A stretch of 64,000 bases of DNA from Trichinella spiralis (Eukaryota). The stretch is taken from the NCBI RefSeq assembly GCF_000181795.1, contig NW_003526941.1, positions 7,230,043 through 7,294,042 on the forward strand. The letters are read 5' to 3'. Position numbers and translations under genes: made by a program. How positions within the stretch are numbered: the stretch's first letter is position 1; every line of letters begins with the position of its first letter. Below the pieces are notes generated by a model. The model had not been told where the DNA came from, ran no database searches, and saw nothing but the letters and a program-made list of their open reading frames with translations. Positions 12,486 through 27,348 of this stretch are shown here, piece by piece.

Positions 12486-14339
12486 AATGGAAATTTGATG
12501 CAATCTTCAATTGTGCTTATGCTTTTTTGTCTACTAACTCTTCTTTATCAATCTTTTTAATCTCGAATAGTCAAGTTTACAAAACTAGAAATAACCAATA
12601 TCAATCAGTAAGTATAGTTTCTCACGATCTTAAAAACCAAAAACACCAGAAGAAAACAAAAAACAAAAATGGGCTAAGCATCTTTTGATAAATGTGTACG
12701 TTATTATTTATTTTTTTATTCAAAAACATCTATTCACATATAGATTGAAATTTTTTCCAAGTGAAATTTAACAGCATATTTAAGTGTAAAATTATTATTA
12801 TTATTATTATTATGATATTTTTTATAGCTTTCAGTTTTTATTATCCGTAAATTTGCACGATAAACGATCTAACAAACTAGGCGTGGGATAAACGCTGTTT
12901 TTGATTATCGCAAAAATAAAAGTGAACAACATCAGTCAGTGGTGCCGAGTAATTTCAGCTTTTTCTTGTCAGATCGTCGGTTGTGAAGCGCAGCTGTTGT
13001 CCGGCCAAGATTGTGATCTGAAGTTAATTGAAATTTTCATAAACAGATACCAGCCCATGGCAGTTTTCTTTCCTGTTTTCACCACCGTCACGGCACTAGC
13101 AACAAGCATTCCAAATGTGCAAGCCATGCAATGTGTTGATTGCCAACCGACCAATTGACTGTCATCTGTGTGTTGCCTGCCTGCCGGCATCATCCATCAC
13201 AATTTTGAACTTCCCATTAATAGGTGAAAAATTTTCCAATGAAAACCATCCATCCATCCACATCCAACTGAAAAGCATCCATATCTTGATTATTTTCAGT
13301 TCGATAATTAAATACAAGTTGCTAGTCAACAACTGTGCAAGTTTATTCATTTCCCAACTTAAATATTTGTTCATTTTAATATATTTTTTTCAATTCAGTT
13401 ATAATATACTTCTCTTAGCCTTGCAAGCAACAGCACAAGTTAATTCAATACCATTGGAAAATGATCCTCTAAAATTCCAAAAACAGCTATTTTTTTAAAT
13501 ATTTGAATTTTCTTAATTTGTTTAGTTTTTATTCTCAACATTCAAAGATACAATGTGTTCAGATTTAAGCGTGCACGCTTCTGATGAATTTTATTAATTA
13601 AATCCGGAAGAAAGCTTCGGCTAACATCTTGCCTCTAGTTTTTTCTTTCACTTTTTGAAAATAATTTCACATATGGAAATCATTTTTCAATTACTGGATC
13701 CAATCGCGAATAATGTTTATGTATAAGGTTCTTTACGTTAAAATGCGGTGCTGAAGTAATTAAGCTTCGCAACTGAAACCGATTCCAACAAGTTGAAAGT
13801 AAATTTTATTCTTTAATTACACATACAACCACACCTATATATATAAGTTATAAACAATTTTGAATTTACTTTTATGAACCTTTTTTAAAATAAGTCCTAC
13901 TTATTCCTAATCATCTACAGTATTTTGATTTGCATATTTTTTTGCACAGTTACTTACCGTTGTTATGATGATCGCGCATTTCGAGGCAACATCGAAGCAG
14001 TCGACGATTCGTAATTTCGACAGCATCCATTTTCTTCTCTACGAAGGTATATTTATTTATTTTAGTTTGAAATTTGCTTGATATAACGTAGAAATTGTTC
14101 AAATAGAAATCAAAACGGCAGTTAGCCATTTTTCAAATGTATGTAAAAATGCTTTTTATGGTTGTTTTTCTTCCCTTTTGGTTTAGTAATTTTGTTTTTT
14201 CTTCAACGGAATTTTTTTAAAAATCAAATGTAAATTCGCTTCTAATAACGTTAGTTAATTTCAATTATTAATTATTACAATGGAAATTCAGTTTTTATTT
14301 GGAGCAAACATAACATCAAGTAACAGATAGAAATAGAAA

Positions 14340-16335
<1,996 letters not shown>

Positions 16336-17246
16336 AATTATCACTGTAATAAGAACGTAATACAATAAAATAATTTATTATCGATTTCTTGACATTCATG
16401 CACCATTATAACAGCTAACATAAAACGGATAAGTATTAATCATTGATTCTAATTTAGAAGCTGAAAATTGTGTAGCATTGTACTGAAATATATATTAATC
16501 AGATGAAGGTGAGATTAATGTTTGCACTTAAACAAAATAAGTACCACCTTTAGAAATGTGTATGTTGATTTTCAGGTACAAATAGAATCCTGTGATGAGT
16601 AATAAATGTAATAGAAGTTTTCAAAAACTTTGAAAGATGGTGAAATTTTCATTAACGTACACAAGTTAATAAAAGTAAAAGCTTTGTGATCATATATATG
16701 TACTTCAGATTTTTCGGAATTAAGATTTAGTACTTATTAATGGATAACAGTTGAAGTACAGTAATTGTTTAATTTGAACTTTATTTTCAATTTACAGTAT
16801 AGTAAATGAAGTTGGACTATATTGGTATATTCTTCATTACGGTTTACAAATGAAATAAAAATAAAGTTACCATATTAATCACAGTAAATATTTTCGATTA
16901 TAAATGAAATCTCTGTTATAATAAGGTACACCTTTTGCATTTATAAATGTGAATTTGAATTGCATATTGTTAGTTATTTAACGTTTTCTTTTGTATCGTT
17001 AAAAATGTTGGTCAATAATATGTTGCTGTATTAAAAAAATTTTTAATTTGAAATTTTAATCATATATATATTTAATCGTATTTTTAAATATTTTTAATTG
17101 TGAGTTTTCAGTTTAATTTAATGTTCAGCTGTATGAAATTAAAAAATGAATTTAAGTAATGCAGGCTTTGTATACACACCTTTTACTTGCTGCAAAATCT
17201 AATTGTATTTAATGCTTGTTGAAGTCCACTTCAGCACTGTGTTGCT

Positions 17247-18794
17247 ATGCAGTCCGATGATGACTCTTGTGACCGGTTAGACACGGAAGATGGGCAGTTT
17301 TTTGATGCAGTTGAGTCACCAATATTGCCAGAAAGTTGCAGTTCTGTATATGATTCAGCAGTGTATGCATTAATTTTGCATAGAAAATTCAAAATTTGTA
17401 ATTTATTGCTTACTTTTATTTTTTTGTCTTCAGTGGACTTTTTCATTAGTTTAAAAGTTTTATATTTTTCAAAATGTCTTGTTTGATTATTATTATTATT
17501 ATTATTATTGGGTTTTTTCAGAGATAGTGCTGCTGCACAATTTGCACGGTGCTCAATGAAATTAAAAGAGTTTCCCGAACTCAGTTCAGACGAAAATTCA
17601 TTATCTTCTGGCGTAACAGTTAATTGCTGAAAACTTTTTTAATGCATCGAATTAATTAATTTATTTAAAAAGGCCAACTTAAAATGTAAGCAGTTGGAAT
17701 TGGAAGCGCTTTTTTTGAAGAATAAGGAACTTTCAGTAAGACGCGAAATTTTGCAAAAAGAAAAAGCTGCAGTGCTAAAAGAGAACGAAGCTTTGGACAA
17801 GCAGATAGCTGAAATGAAGTTTGAATTTTCTCCACCCAGTGCACACTTATTTTATGGTCAATTTTAGAATAGTTGTTGCTGATTACGAAACGGCGTTTGA
17901 AGCTCAGCAAGGTATGCATCTTATTTTACAACTGTGATCAAGTGGGATAGTATAATTTAGAAAATGAATTCCTGATAAGTGATGAAAAGTTGGAAGAAGT
18001 GCGTGCGGAGCGTAATGAAGTAAAATGAAATTTTCACTTACAGCTGCTGGTTTATTAATTTGTATTTTTATCAGTTACGGAATGATCTTCAGATAGCTGA
18101 GAATGCTATTTCGAATTTACAAAAAGTGTACGACAGACTAAGGAAATCTGTTGATCAGATGAGACAGGTGAATAGTAGTTTTTTAATTTTTTCTGTCAGT
18201 CATTGATGTCATTGAATTTACAAATTGTTTTATTATAAAGTGGGAAGTGATTTTAAAAAGGTATATTTTAACAGTTGAATAATTTATTGTGCAGTGTTGA
18301 CGTTATTTTATGCTTGTTTATTATTCTGAGAAGTGTGTAAAGCAATTTTGTTGTGATATTAATTTTTGACTACGTTTGGAATTGTTTTTTTTTCTAGAAT
18401 GAGCTCCTTTTGAACAGTGCTATTGACGATTGCAGAAGTAAATACAGAGAAAGCGAAGAGCGTTTTGTTCAATTCACAGCTTATGCTAATAATGAGATTG
18501 AAGAGTAAACAAAATTCTTATTCTAAACAGTGTGTCGACTGTGCGATTTAGAGCTGAGAAAAAGGCGAAGGAAGAAACCGCAATGAAAGAAGCAACTTTA
18601 CTTGAATTACGCATGAAATGCAAATTCTTACAGTTACAGATGGAAACATTGGAAAAAACTAGACATAGAAAGGTAATTTATTTTCATGCGTTAACTCCCA
18701 GAGTACTTTGACACAGAATTTTTAGAATGAAGAAATACGGGAATTGACGTTAATATGTAATTCACTGTTGAAAAATACATCCTTAGAAGAATGA
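17247..18794 (+). CDS. tac-1: Short transforming acidic coiled-coil (TACC-domain) protein, ~280 aa, TAC-1-like
   Basis: Exons: 17247-17362, 17522-17612 (or 17618), 17673-17818, 17868-17911, 17961-18019, 18075-18167, 18398-18504, 18552-18672, 18726-18794. The spliced product has TACC-domain hallmarks: EMKIVVADYE, ERNELRNDLQIAE..NL..VYDR, NE.LL, SEERF...AYANNEIE, and a C-terminal KNEEIRELTLICNSLL (compare the TACC consensus K.EIEELTKICDELI). Confidence 0.8.
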
Positions 18795-20830
18795 AGTTTC
18801 ATGTTTTAATGTAATGAGAATTTTGTTTCGTTTTAGATTTTCATTTGTTTGTTTTTTATCTGGTTTGATATAGTGTAATTATTGCTTTAAAATTTATTTT
18901 AAATCAAGCTGAAACATGTTAAGTAAAAACTGTTTCGGAATTGTATTTGGACAGCATCGTACATTAATACAGTTTCTTAACTATGTATTTCAATTTTCAG
19001 TTTATGATTCTGGACATGCAATTATTATAATTATAACGAAAAATATGTACAATGGCATATATTGTAGGAGGTGTCAAAGATATTTTTCAATTCATTGTTC
19101 TTCACAGGTGAACAAGCGACAGACTGTTGTGTACAAAAAGAAATGAGGACACTGTAATTTGATGATTTGATCGTTATTATCATTTTACGGTATACATGGT
19201 AATAGTTTTATGTGGTTACTTAATGGTGCATGCGTTTTTAATTAGTCCTATTAATTTTTTTTATTTTATTTGTTTACAACTGACAATTTCTTGCTGTTTA
19301 AAATCATGTCAAATGCTTTTCATTACCTTCTAGTGTGGGATTTTGTAAATTTTTTTAAAACACTTTTTAGAACTTCAAAATTACTTTAAGAATTTTGTTT
19401 TAATTGGTTTGATTTGGTAAGGAGTTCTGTAACTATTGAAACGTAGCCAGTAGCTCAGTTAGCTAGCAGTGGTTACGTGGAGTAGCAATTGTGTGATTGA
19501 AGAATGCAGTTTAATTACTAATAATGCTAACAAGTTGTTTTTAATATTGGCTTTTTCCAGTTATCACTTCGGCAGTACAAAAGTGGCTGTTATAGCGAAT
19601 TTGTTTGCTTTTAACGGCCTTTAGCGATAGAACTACCGAAAAAAAGCGGAAAAGCAAATTGCGTGACGGTGCAAGCATGCGGCTGTTGCAACCTAGTGAG
19701 GAAAACAGTCATGTTGACTAACAGCTTAGCTTCGATTTTGGTTTTAGCTTTTTATAATTTAGCGGTTGCTTGTATGCAGCGTTATTTACTAATTACGTAA
19801 AATACAATTTTCGATGCTGCATTTAGAATAATGGCATGCCTGCACTTCTGCTGTATTTCAAGGTAAGAAATACGATAATGTGTATAAACGATTATCTTGT
19901 TGAAATGTATTGGTTATTCTGATTCCTAATATAATTAGCATAACTTCACTTATTTATTAATGCTAAATATGAGCGTCTCACGATTGTGTTAAAGTCTCTA
20001 AATTCTTCCACGCATCTGGTGAAACACTTTTAATAATGTAACAACTAATAGGCACTTTTTGATTTTGAAGCGTTAATTGATGTTTGATGTGTGTACGTTA
20101 GTTATCTATTTCATCATATTCAGAAGTACAAGTTATTATGTTTTTGAAAGGGCACTTTTTTCAGTTAAACACTTTGTTTGTTTTAAAAAAGTGAAACAGC
20201 ATTTTGAATAGAGTTCAGCATCATATAATGAATAATTTAACTGCTTAATTAGAAAAAGGATTTAATCTGTAAGAGCAGAAGCAGTAGAATAGACAGGAAA
20301 AAGATCCAGCTGTTATATAGAATTTTCTAACAGCAGATTTAAAGAATAGATGCATTGCAGAATGCGAAAAAAATCAGATTTCAAAAAAAAGAATTGCTCA
20401 GCTCTGACAAAACAAGTAATGAACCACATTGAACTATACATGACAGTTTGTATATGCTTTTTAATTGAAAATTTTTTTTACAGAAGCAAAATAAAAAAAT
20501 CATCCAAAAATGATTTATTTATACACTTCGTTCTTATATGTATATGTGCATTCAGTAATCTTGCCAGAAGTTATACATACATACATATATATATATTTTT
20601 TTTTTCTTAAATTTCAACATGCAGGAACAAAGATGAAAGAAAAGCATAACTGCACAAATGTTAAAAAAATGAAAAAATAGAAACCACACTTCAAGAACTA
20701 TGCAATTCACAATGTTGTGCACAGAACAGCCAGTAAAGTGCATTTTCGTTAATTTACTGACTATATATGTGTTTTTGTTTGAAATTACAAATTTGCCAAA
20801 CCAACAAGGCACCTTAATGCGAAAAAGTAT

Positions 20831-21925
20831 TTACTGTGGTGTGGGTGGTTGTTTGCTTGTAGATGGACCTGGTACTTCTCCGTCATCGTTGCCGTTGTCA
20901 TCACCAGGAACCCACAATCCGCTGTCAATGCAGCGTTGCAAATGATATTCAAACTCTTTGCCTGGCATGGACATTGCCACTTTTTTCAAACTTTCAATGT
21001 CTCGATTGGCGAAGCACTCTTTCATTTCAGGAGGCAACGTTTCAAATACCTCAGTTGGATCCAGCCCACCAGGACCCAGGCTTTCCTTTCGAGCTTCCTC
21101 CAGTTTTACTTTCGCACGGTCAACAATGCGCTGCTTGAAACTTCTCAACTCATCTTGGAACATTTCAATGTATTCACTTTGCTCAGCCATTTTAATTTTG
21201 GAAAAAAACGAAGAAATCAGTTGCGGTGCTTGTGGATTGACTTTCAACTGCTTAGCCAGCTCGATCAAATAATTCATTATCACTGACTGATGTGCCATGT
21301 GCTCCATCAAATCATGATGACCTTGCATCTCCAATTCCAGACATCGAAGAATCAAATAATTGCACGTATCATCACAGCACAGGTGTGGATGCTGCAGTAA
21401 AAATTGCTTTGTATCGTCATTTCGACTCAGCAGGCCATATTGGTCAATCAGCTTGCTATTCTCGATCATAAATTCTTGCGCGCGACGATTCTTCTCATCT
21501 TCTGTAAGATTATCATCAGATGATGACTGTGGCTGAATTTTGTTGATTCTTGTACGACTGAAACCGTCGTGACTGATCGTATCCACATTCCATGGTGTTA
21601 GTCGCTCTTGTCTTGCCAATTCGGCTTCTTTTGCGCGCCATTGCTGTTCTTGCATTTCAATTTCTGTCAGCTCAGTTTCCAATTCCTGCCTCTGCTTTCC
21701 ATCCAAATTGGTGTTTTCCAGCTTCTGTCTAATTTCAGCCAACTTTTTCTCAAAAGTCGACAAATTATCGGACACTTCTTCTTTCGCTTTTGCTGCTTTT
21801 TTCATTCGCTCTAACCGCGCTTCGTGGCGCCACCGAAATAATGAGGGCGTGTCAACATTCGGATGTGTATCATCTTCATCGTCTGACACTTCAATATCTT
21901 TCCAACGAGAATAATCGATCGGCAT
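20831..21925 (-). CDS. CDC37: Hsp90 co-chaperone CDC37, single coding exon (364 aa)
   Basis: Uninterrupted ORF starting MPIDYSRWKDIEVSDDEDDTHPNVDTPSLFRWRH (conserved N-terminus with the CK2 serine), PWNVDTISHDGFS, and a C-terminal LGPGGLDPTEVFETLP...RCIDSGLWVP. The true ATG is at 21925, three codons into the ORF-track call. Confidence 0.97.
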   Translation of the reverse strand: MPIDYSRWKDIEVSDDEDDTHPNVDTPSLFRWRHEARLERMKKAAKAKEEVSDNLSTFEKKLAEIRQKLENTNLDGKQRQELETELTEIEMQEQQWRAKEAELARQERLTPWNVDTISHDGFSRTRINKIQPQSSSDDNLTEDEKNRRAQEFMIENSKLIDQYGLLSRNDDTKQFLLQHPHLCCDDTCNYLILRCLELEMQGHHDLMEHMAHQSVIMNYLIELAKQLKVNPQAPQLISSFFSKIKMAEQSEYIEMFQDELRSFKQRIVDRAKVKLEEARKESLGPGGLDPTEVFETLPPEMKECFANRDIESLKKVAMSMPGKEFEYHLQRCIDSGLWVPGDDNGNDDGEVPGPSTSKQPPTPQ

Positions 21926-23127
21926 ACTGTACACTTAAAAACACTTCCTTCCAACCAAATCTAGTCAAAAATGCTGCAATTACATAGAAGCCAGTTATAC
22001 AAAACATTTACATCTGCAAGCTAACGAACAAACTGCAAAACATTACTTCAGACAAAATAATCAAACAATACAACCTCGGCGCAATATACTGCAAAGCAAT
22101 GCGCACCTCTAATCACGAACATAAAGAAAGCGCAGACTACAGAGTTAAAGTTACAATTTCACTAAAAAGAACCATAAATTCAAAAAGCAAAGAAAACATG
22201 CGTAAGTATTTCACCTAAAAATCTGCAAACAAAATGAAAACGCAAAACTGTTAGAATAATTGAAAGTAACCGACCATTCACCACTGAACTATTCTTTCAA
22301 AAATTAATCTGAACAAGCCATTCCCTGCATTTTCACAAAAATACAAAAAACAAACTGTAAAAAATACCAAACAAGTAAAAACGTTAATGAGCGAAATCGT
22401 TGCACTACATCATTATGAGCAAAGTTATTACCAGAGTGATGCCAATAATTCACTAAGAAATGATAAAAAAATTAATAACTAAGATATTTTCTTAACGAAT
22501 TGCTAATGCACTGGAGAAACTGCATTTTCTAAGTAAATAATAATCAAAATTCACACAAGTCAAAGAACAGTTATGACACAGATGCATTTTGATATATGTA
22601 ATGAAAAGTAACATCAAAAATCAATAAAATTTACGCTCTTAATAAAACATAATGCACATTTATACACTGCACAGTACAAAAATGACGTTTATCACGCGAT
22701 GAAAAGGAGTCGCAAGAAGGAAATTACAGTATGGTAAAAATAAAAAAGGAATTAATTTGCATTTAGCATACTGTATCTAGAGTATTAAAAAAGCTGAAAA
22801 TGAAACGAAATATCTTATTTTTCATCAACTTACATTTGCATTCAGAAAATATAGATTAATAAAAATAGCAATTGATAATAAAAAACATTATTCGAAAGAA
22901 ATTTAAGAAAGTAAATGAATAAAAATTGCACATGGCATTGAATTTTCCTGTGAAATTAACAGGTTTAATATCACTAAGCTCCAAGTGTATTTTATTATGC
23001 TTCTAAGAAAAACTATTGTTTTACATACTGTAAAACTTTATTATCACTTTATAATTAATTCTTAATTATACATCATCAGAGACAGTTTCCCTGGTTAATT
23101 CTGTTTGTCGGAATGTACAGCTATATA

Positions 23128-24379
23128 CTTTTTATTTTTTTGCACTGAGTTCCATTTATGTACGTCATTTCTAAATTTTGAAATCCGAAGCTAAAGCATG
23201 CGGAGGCGCGTTTTGACTAAGTCAATTCTTTTTGTTATGGCATTTTCTGTCAGATAGTTTGTATTTTAACTTCATTTTAAATACAACGTCATTTTTGTAT
23301 TTTCAAATAACTGTCATTGGTTCAATTTGTCACTCTCTGCGAATTGCTTCTTCTAATCATTTTTTTCTTACAACAAGTCAGCATTTAATATAAAATGATT
23401 ATGCATTTCATTTCCAATATTGTTTCCAGTATTTATATTATAATTAGAAATAAACATGAAATGAAAGTTTCCGAAATGGGAAATGTTTGTATGTTTGGCA
23501 AAGCTTCAATTAAATTTTCTCAAAAACAGAGTGCATTAGTTAAGTAAATAAAGTGCAATGAAAAATTACAGTAGCCATATTTATCAGTAAAAATAAATAA
23601 AATAAAAATTTGCATGCGAGGACGTTCGCTTTATTGACATACTAGAAATAATTTTATTTTGAGGCCGTCCGTGTATGAGAGCGGTGCGTTTCGATTCGAA
23701 AATTCCCTGAAGACCAATATCAAATGCCAAATACTAAATTTGTTTTTTATTCATTATTATTTTTTGGAATAATTTCTGAAAAATAATTTTTTAATCAACA
23801 CCGAAAGAGCATGAACATTAACGATGAGAAGATGAGGCATTTAGCAGTAAGTTGCAATTTTTTCATTTTTAAGTTTTAATCATTTAACAATACAATTGAG
23901 AATCTATATTGAGCATAATTTCTTAGTATATTCTCTATAAAGAATTCTCAACATGAGATGATAGGTGACTTAATAAACGCCAAATTTCCGTACAATTAAG
24001 TGTGATTAAATGCACCGTGTACACAGTGTTTATCTATTATTAAAATACGGTCTTTCAAAAATCACCTTTGCAGCAGCTAACATGCACTTTCAATTGACCC
24101 TAAGCAAGCTTTTGCCCGCAAATTGTTCACTTAAAATTAGCCTTATTTCAGCTACTTGTTTTTCTGATTTAAGAAAATTTTCAAAAATACGTAGGTGTGT
24201 TTTGTCTAAATGAATTTTGCTTTGTTATGGCGTTTTTTTGTCGGATAGTTTATATTTTGACTGAATTGTAAACGTCAAGGCCATTCCTTATTGATAGAAT
24301 TTAGCAGTGCATTTTATCGGCTCATATTACAGCTTAGGTTAGACTTTATCTTCAGCCAAAAGTTCTGACGCACTAAAAA
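23128..24379 (+). repeat. Dispersed ~1.25 kb repeat, copy A (direct-orientation paralogue of 40615-41928), with ~100 bp internal direct repeats near each end
   Basis: Colinear by eye with 40615-41928, e.g. shared gaggccgtccgtgtatgagagc, caacatgagatgataggtgacttaataaacg and cttaggttagactttatcttcagccaaaagttctgacgcac. The internal repeat ttgttatggc.tttt.tgtc.gatagttt.tatttt occurs at ~23232 and ~24222. Boundaries are approximate. Confidence 0.85.
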
Positions 24380-26729
24380 CCGATTTCTAACGCTGCATTA
24401 TGCAAATAACTATTGTTATAACGCGCCTTATCATCAGTAAGGGTGCATTTGTTTGTTTAATGTACGTGGCAATTGGTAGCATCGTTGAACGTTCTTTGAG
24501 TTCATTAAAGCGTTAAGTAGCTGTTGAAGTCGGTTTGCAGAATTACTGACAAGTATTCTACTTTTCTGCTTGTTATTTTTTCAAAGCTTTGTATATTCAT
24601 TTTGTAAACAATTACTTTTTAATTAGAAAGTAGTTAATTATTGTATTTGTTTTAACTCTACTTTGTAATAATGTGAAGACAGTTTTGATTTAATATCATT
24701 ATTACAGGTTTGAAGAATGGAACAAATAAAACGTGAAACTTCATCTTTAGAAAGATTCAAAGTTACTTAAGTTTATTATCACATTCTGTTATTTTTTTCA
24801 AATTTCGCATAATCATTGACATTTGGTAAATTATATTTTCTATTGATTAACTTGTTAATTATTATAAAGCCTAGGCTTTCCGCGCTGAAGACGCGGGTGA
24901 GACTTAGTTGTTTCACCTGCCTCAGATGTGCGGGGAGTTTAGTGCTTTTTTCTTTTTTTCTTTTCAAAATGGTTGATCAAAGTCTGATTGAAATATTCAC
25001 GAAACAATCAGTTCCTTTAAATTAATGAATGAATCTTGCTGAATATTGCAAAATATTATTATCGTGACAGTGCAGCCCCATTTACGTAAGACACTATTTA
25101 TACTGCTTTAATTTACGCCATAATATTATTTGTGATAGATAGTGGCTTTGATCTGTAACGTATTCAGGATTTTGTTGTTGTTCAGCAGTTATTATAATCT
25201 TTGGTGTTGGCTCATTACATTGTTATTATACATTTTCAAAGCATACATGCATTTCTAGGTCAGAAGAGTAACTTTATGCAAATGTGATGGTAAGCACTGC
25301 CGTTGGCATTCTGTTACGTGCACTTTGTGCTATGCAAATTCGGTAGCAATGTTCCTTATATAAATTTCTGTTTATTGAGTGAACTGCACTATAATATAAA
25401 TGTTCGCTACTGAAGGGCGGTCTAATTACTTACTGCGTTGCATTATTCGGTCATTTTCATAGTTCAGTTCAACAAATACGTTGTGATTGTGAGACTAAAA
25501 ATATGAAGAAACCACGAACATCAGTTACAAAATGTATGACTCTACGTTTCCTTTACACGACATCCCTGACAGGTGTGCTGACAGGTATGAATTTTCATAT
25601 ATTTACTATTTTTCATAGAATGCTTTCCTTCCTTCTTATGGCACACTGCACTAAACATGCGCGCTTTTTAAGCTTTTCGTAGTTGTTTGATTATAGTCTT
25701 TTTGAATGGAAACTAGCGCGTTGTTCTTCAGTAATGATGGACAATTAATATTCGAGACTTTATTACGGCCAAGCCAATATATAATAGTACTAATGGTATT
25801 GCTATAATTTTCAATAGTCCTTAGAAATCCATTTGTAAAGTAGTACTTTGACATAGCAGTTGAACCACTCCCGCATTATCTTTACTCCCCACTGTAATGT
25901 TTATTGCTAAGGTAACATACTTGCCCAATTTAAAGGAGATGTTTGTCACCGGGAAACTGCAGTCGCACAATCGCACCCCTGAATGCATGTCATTGCTCAA
26001 ATCGTGCACAAGATTATTTCAGCATGACATAGTAAAGCTGCTGTTAGCTAGAGAACACACTTTTGTACTACCACCCCTGTTACNTTTCAGAAATGGCAGT
26101 AACGTTCCCTTCATTTTTTGAAATGACNTCCTTAAAATTTCTACTATGTCANTTGNNTTCCGCCNAATAGCACTGACTTATACAGATGCNACCTATTTTA
26201 TGTCATTGANGAAAATAACTCAATGCCCATCAATGTTGTCAGTATTGATAAATGAAGCAACGCCCGAATATTACACGTGAAGATTGAGTGGAAGAACGCA
26301 TATGACAACTTCCACCTCCTCCATCCCTCAACTTCTTACTCATTNCCTTCCTGCTATGCTGTCCCGCCCTCCTTTCTTATGTAATGATCCNCCATCATAC
26401 TAAGTTAAACAGAAGATCGGCACTCNAACATGAAAAATGCCTGCCCCCCCCCCCCTATTTCGAGCTGNAATGAACAGNNNCACTTAGCTGTTTTNNCATC
26501 TGATANTAAATCCAATTTCNTCATAANTTGTTATCGACTAGGCAAATATTAACCCAAATCCCAGGCTACTCGTGANTNTTTTGTTTTATTCTTTTCATAA
26601 AAATGCTAATACAGGAATTGTCACCCCGCATAAGTTTCTTGAATTCATTGCAAATTGCTCAGTTACTGTAATTTCTGCGATTAGGGGTTTTTCTCACATT
26701 GTATGAANGCGCGCTGATGCAGGTGCTTA

Positions 26730-27348
26730 ACCAAGTTTGCCAGTCTTGCTATAAATTATCATAAGGCGCANACGATNNTGGAAGGTGAGCTGTCAAGCGG
26801 CATACCCCCTGGAGCAGCCGCTTACCNATCATTATGTCTACGTTGCGCACTTGTTAACTTNCTGTGCTGAGACAAACTGCATATTACAAAATTTCAATGA
26901 ACAACTGTTTAATTTTCCATAAATCTGAAAAAAGTATTTTTATTTTCGAAACTATTTTCAGTGGAAGCTATATTTTATTATCCATATAATTTTGATTAGA
27001 TGAAAAACATTGATAAAATATAAATTATTGAATCACCTTGTACTTTTAAGCAACTAAATCACACAACATGCATAAATACGCAGTGATAGCATTTCCGTTT
27101 ATTTTTTGTAATTTGCGATGCTTCATGTTAATAAGTTTACGTTTTAGGTAATTTTAGGGAAAAAATTTGCATAACAATGCAATATTACGTAGTTATAGGA
27201 AGTGTGTAAATAAAAACGTAATAAATTTCATCGTCTCGTTTCATAATGTTGCTCATAATGTTCATTTTACTGCGCTATTACTGATGGAAAATTAGGTTGC
27301 TCTTCGTGAAGCAAAGTAAATAGTCATTTGCATAATTTACTTATTATA
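26730..27348 (+). repeat. Left arm of an imperfect ~0.6 kb inverted-repeat pair (partner 29619-30180)
   Basis: 27311-27348 gcaaagtaaatagtcatttgcataatttacttattata is the exact reverse complement of 29619-29656. Similarity continues outward (gaagtgtgtaaataaaaacgtaataaatttcatcgtctcgttt; aagtttgccagtcttg vs caagactggtaactt). The outer limit is approximate. Confidence 0.8.

Noticed and set aside
19446..19490. tagctcagttag resembling a tRNA A-box
   Set aside because: No B-box (GTTCRA) or cloverleaf follows, so it is not called as a tRNA.
19561..19862. Exon-like segment (TTTTTCCAG ... AG|GTAAGA) between TACC and CDC37
   Set aside because: All three frames stop early and no partner exons were found; at most UTR/lncRNA.
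25651..26861. Short ORFs in the N-peppered region as transposon or viral protein remnants
   Set aside because: No recognisable transposase, RT or viral motifs, and the low-quality consensus prevents a call.
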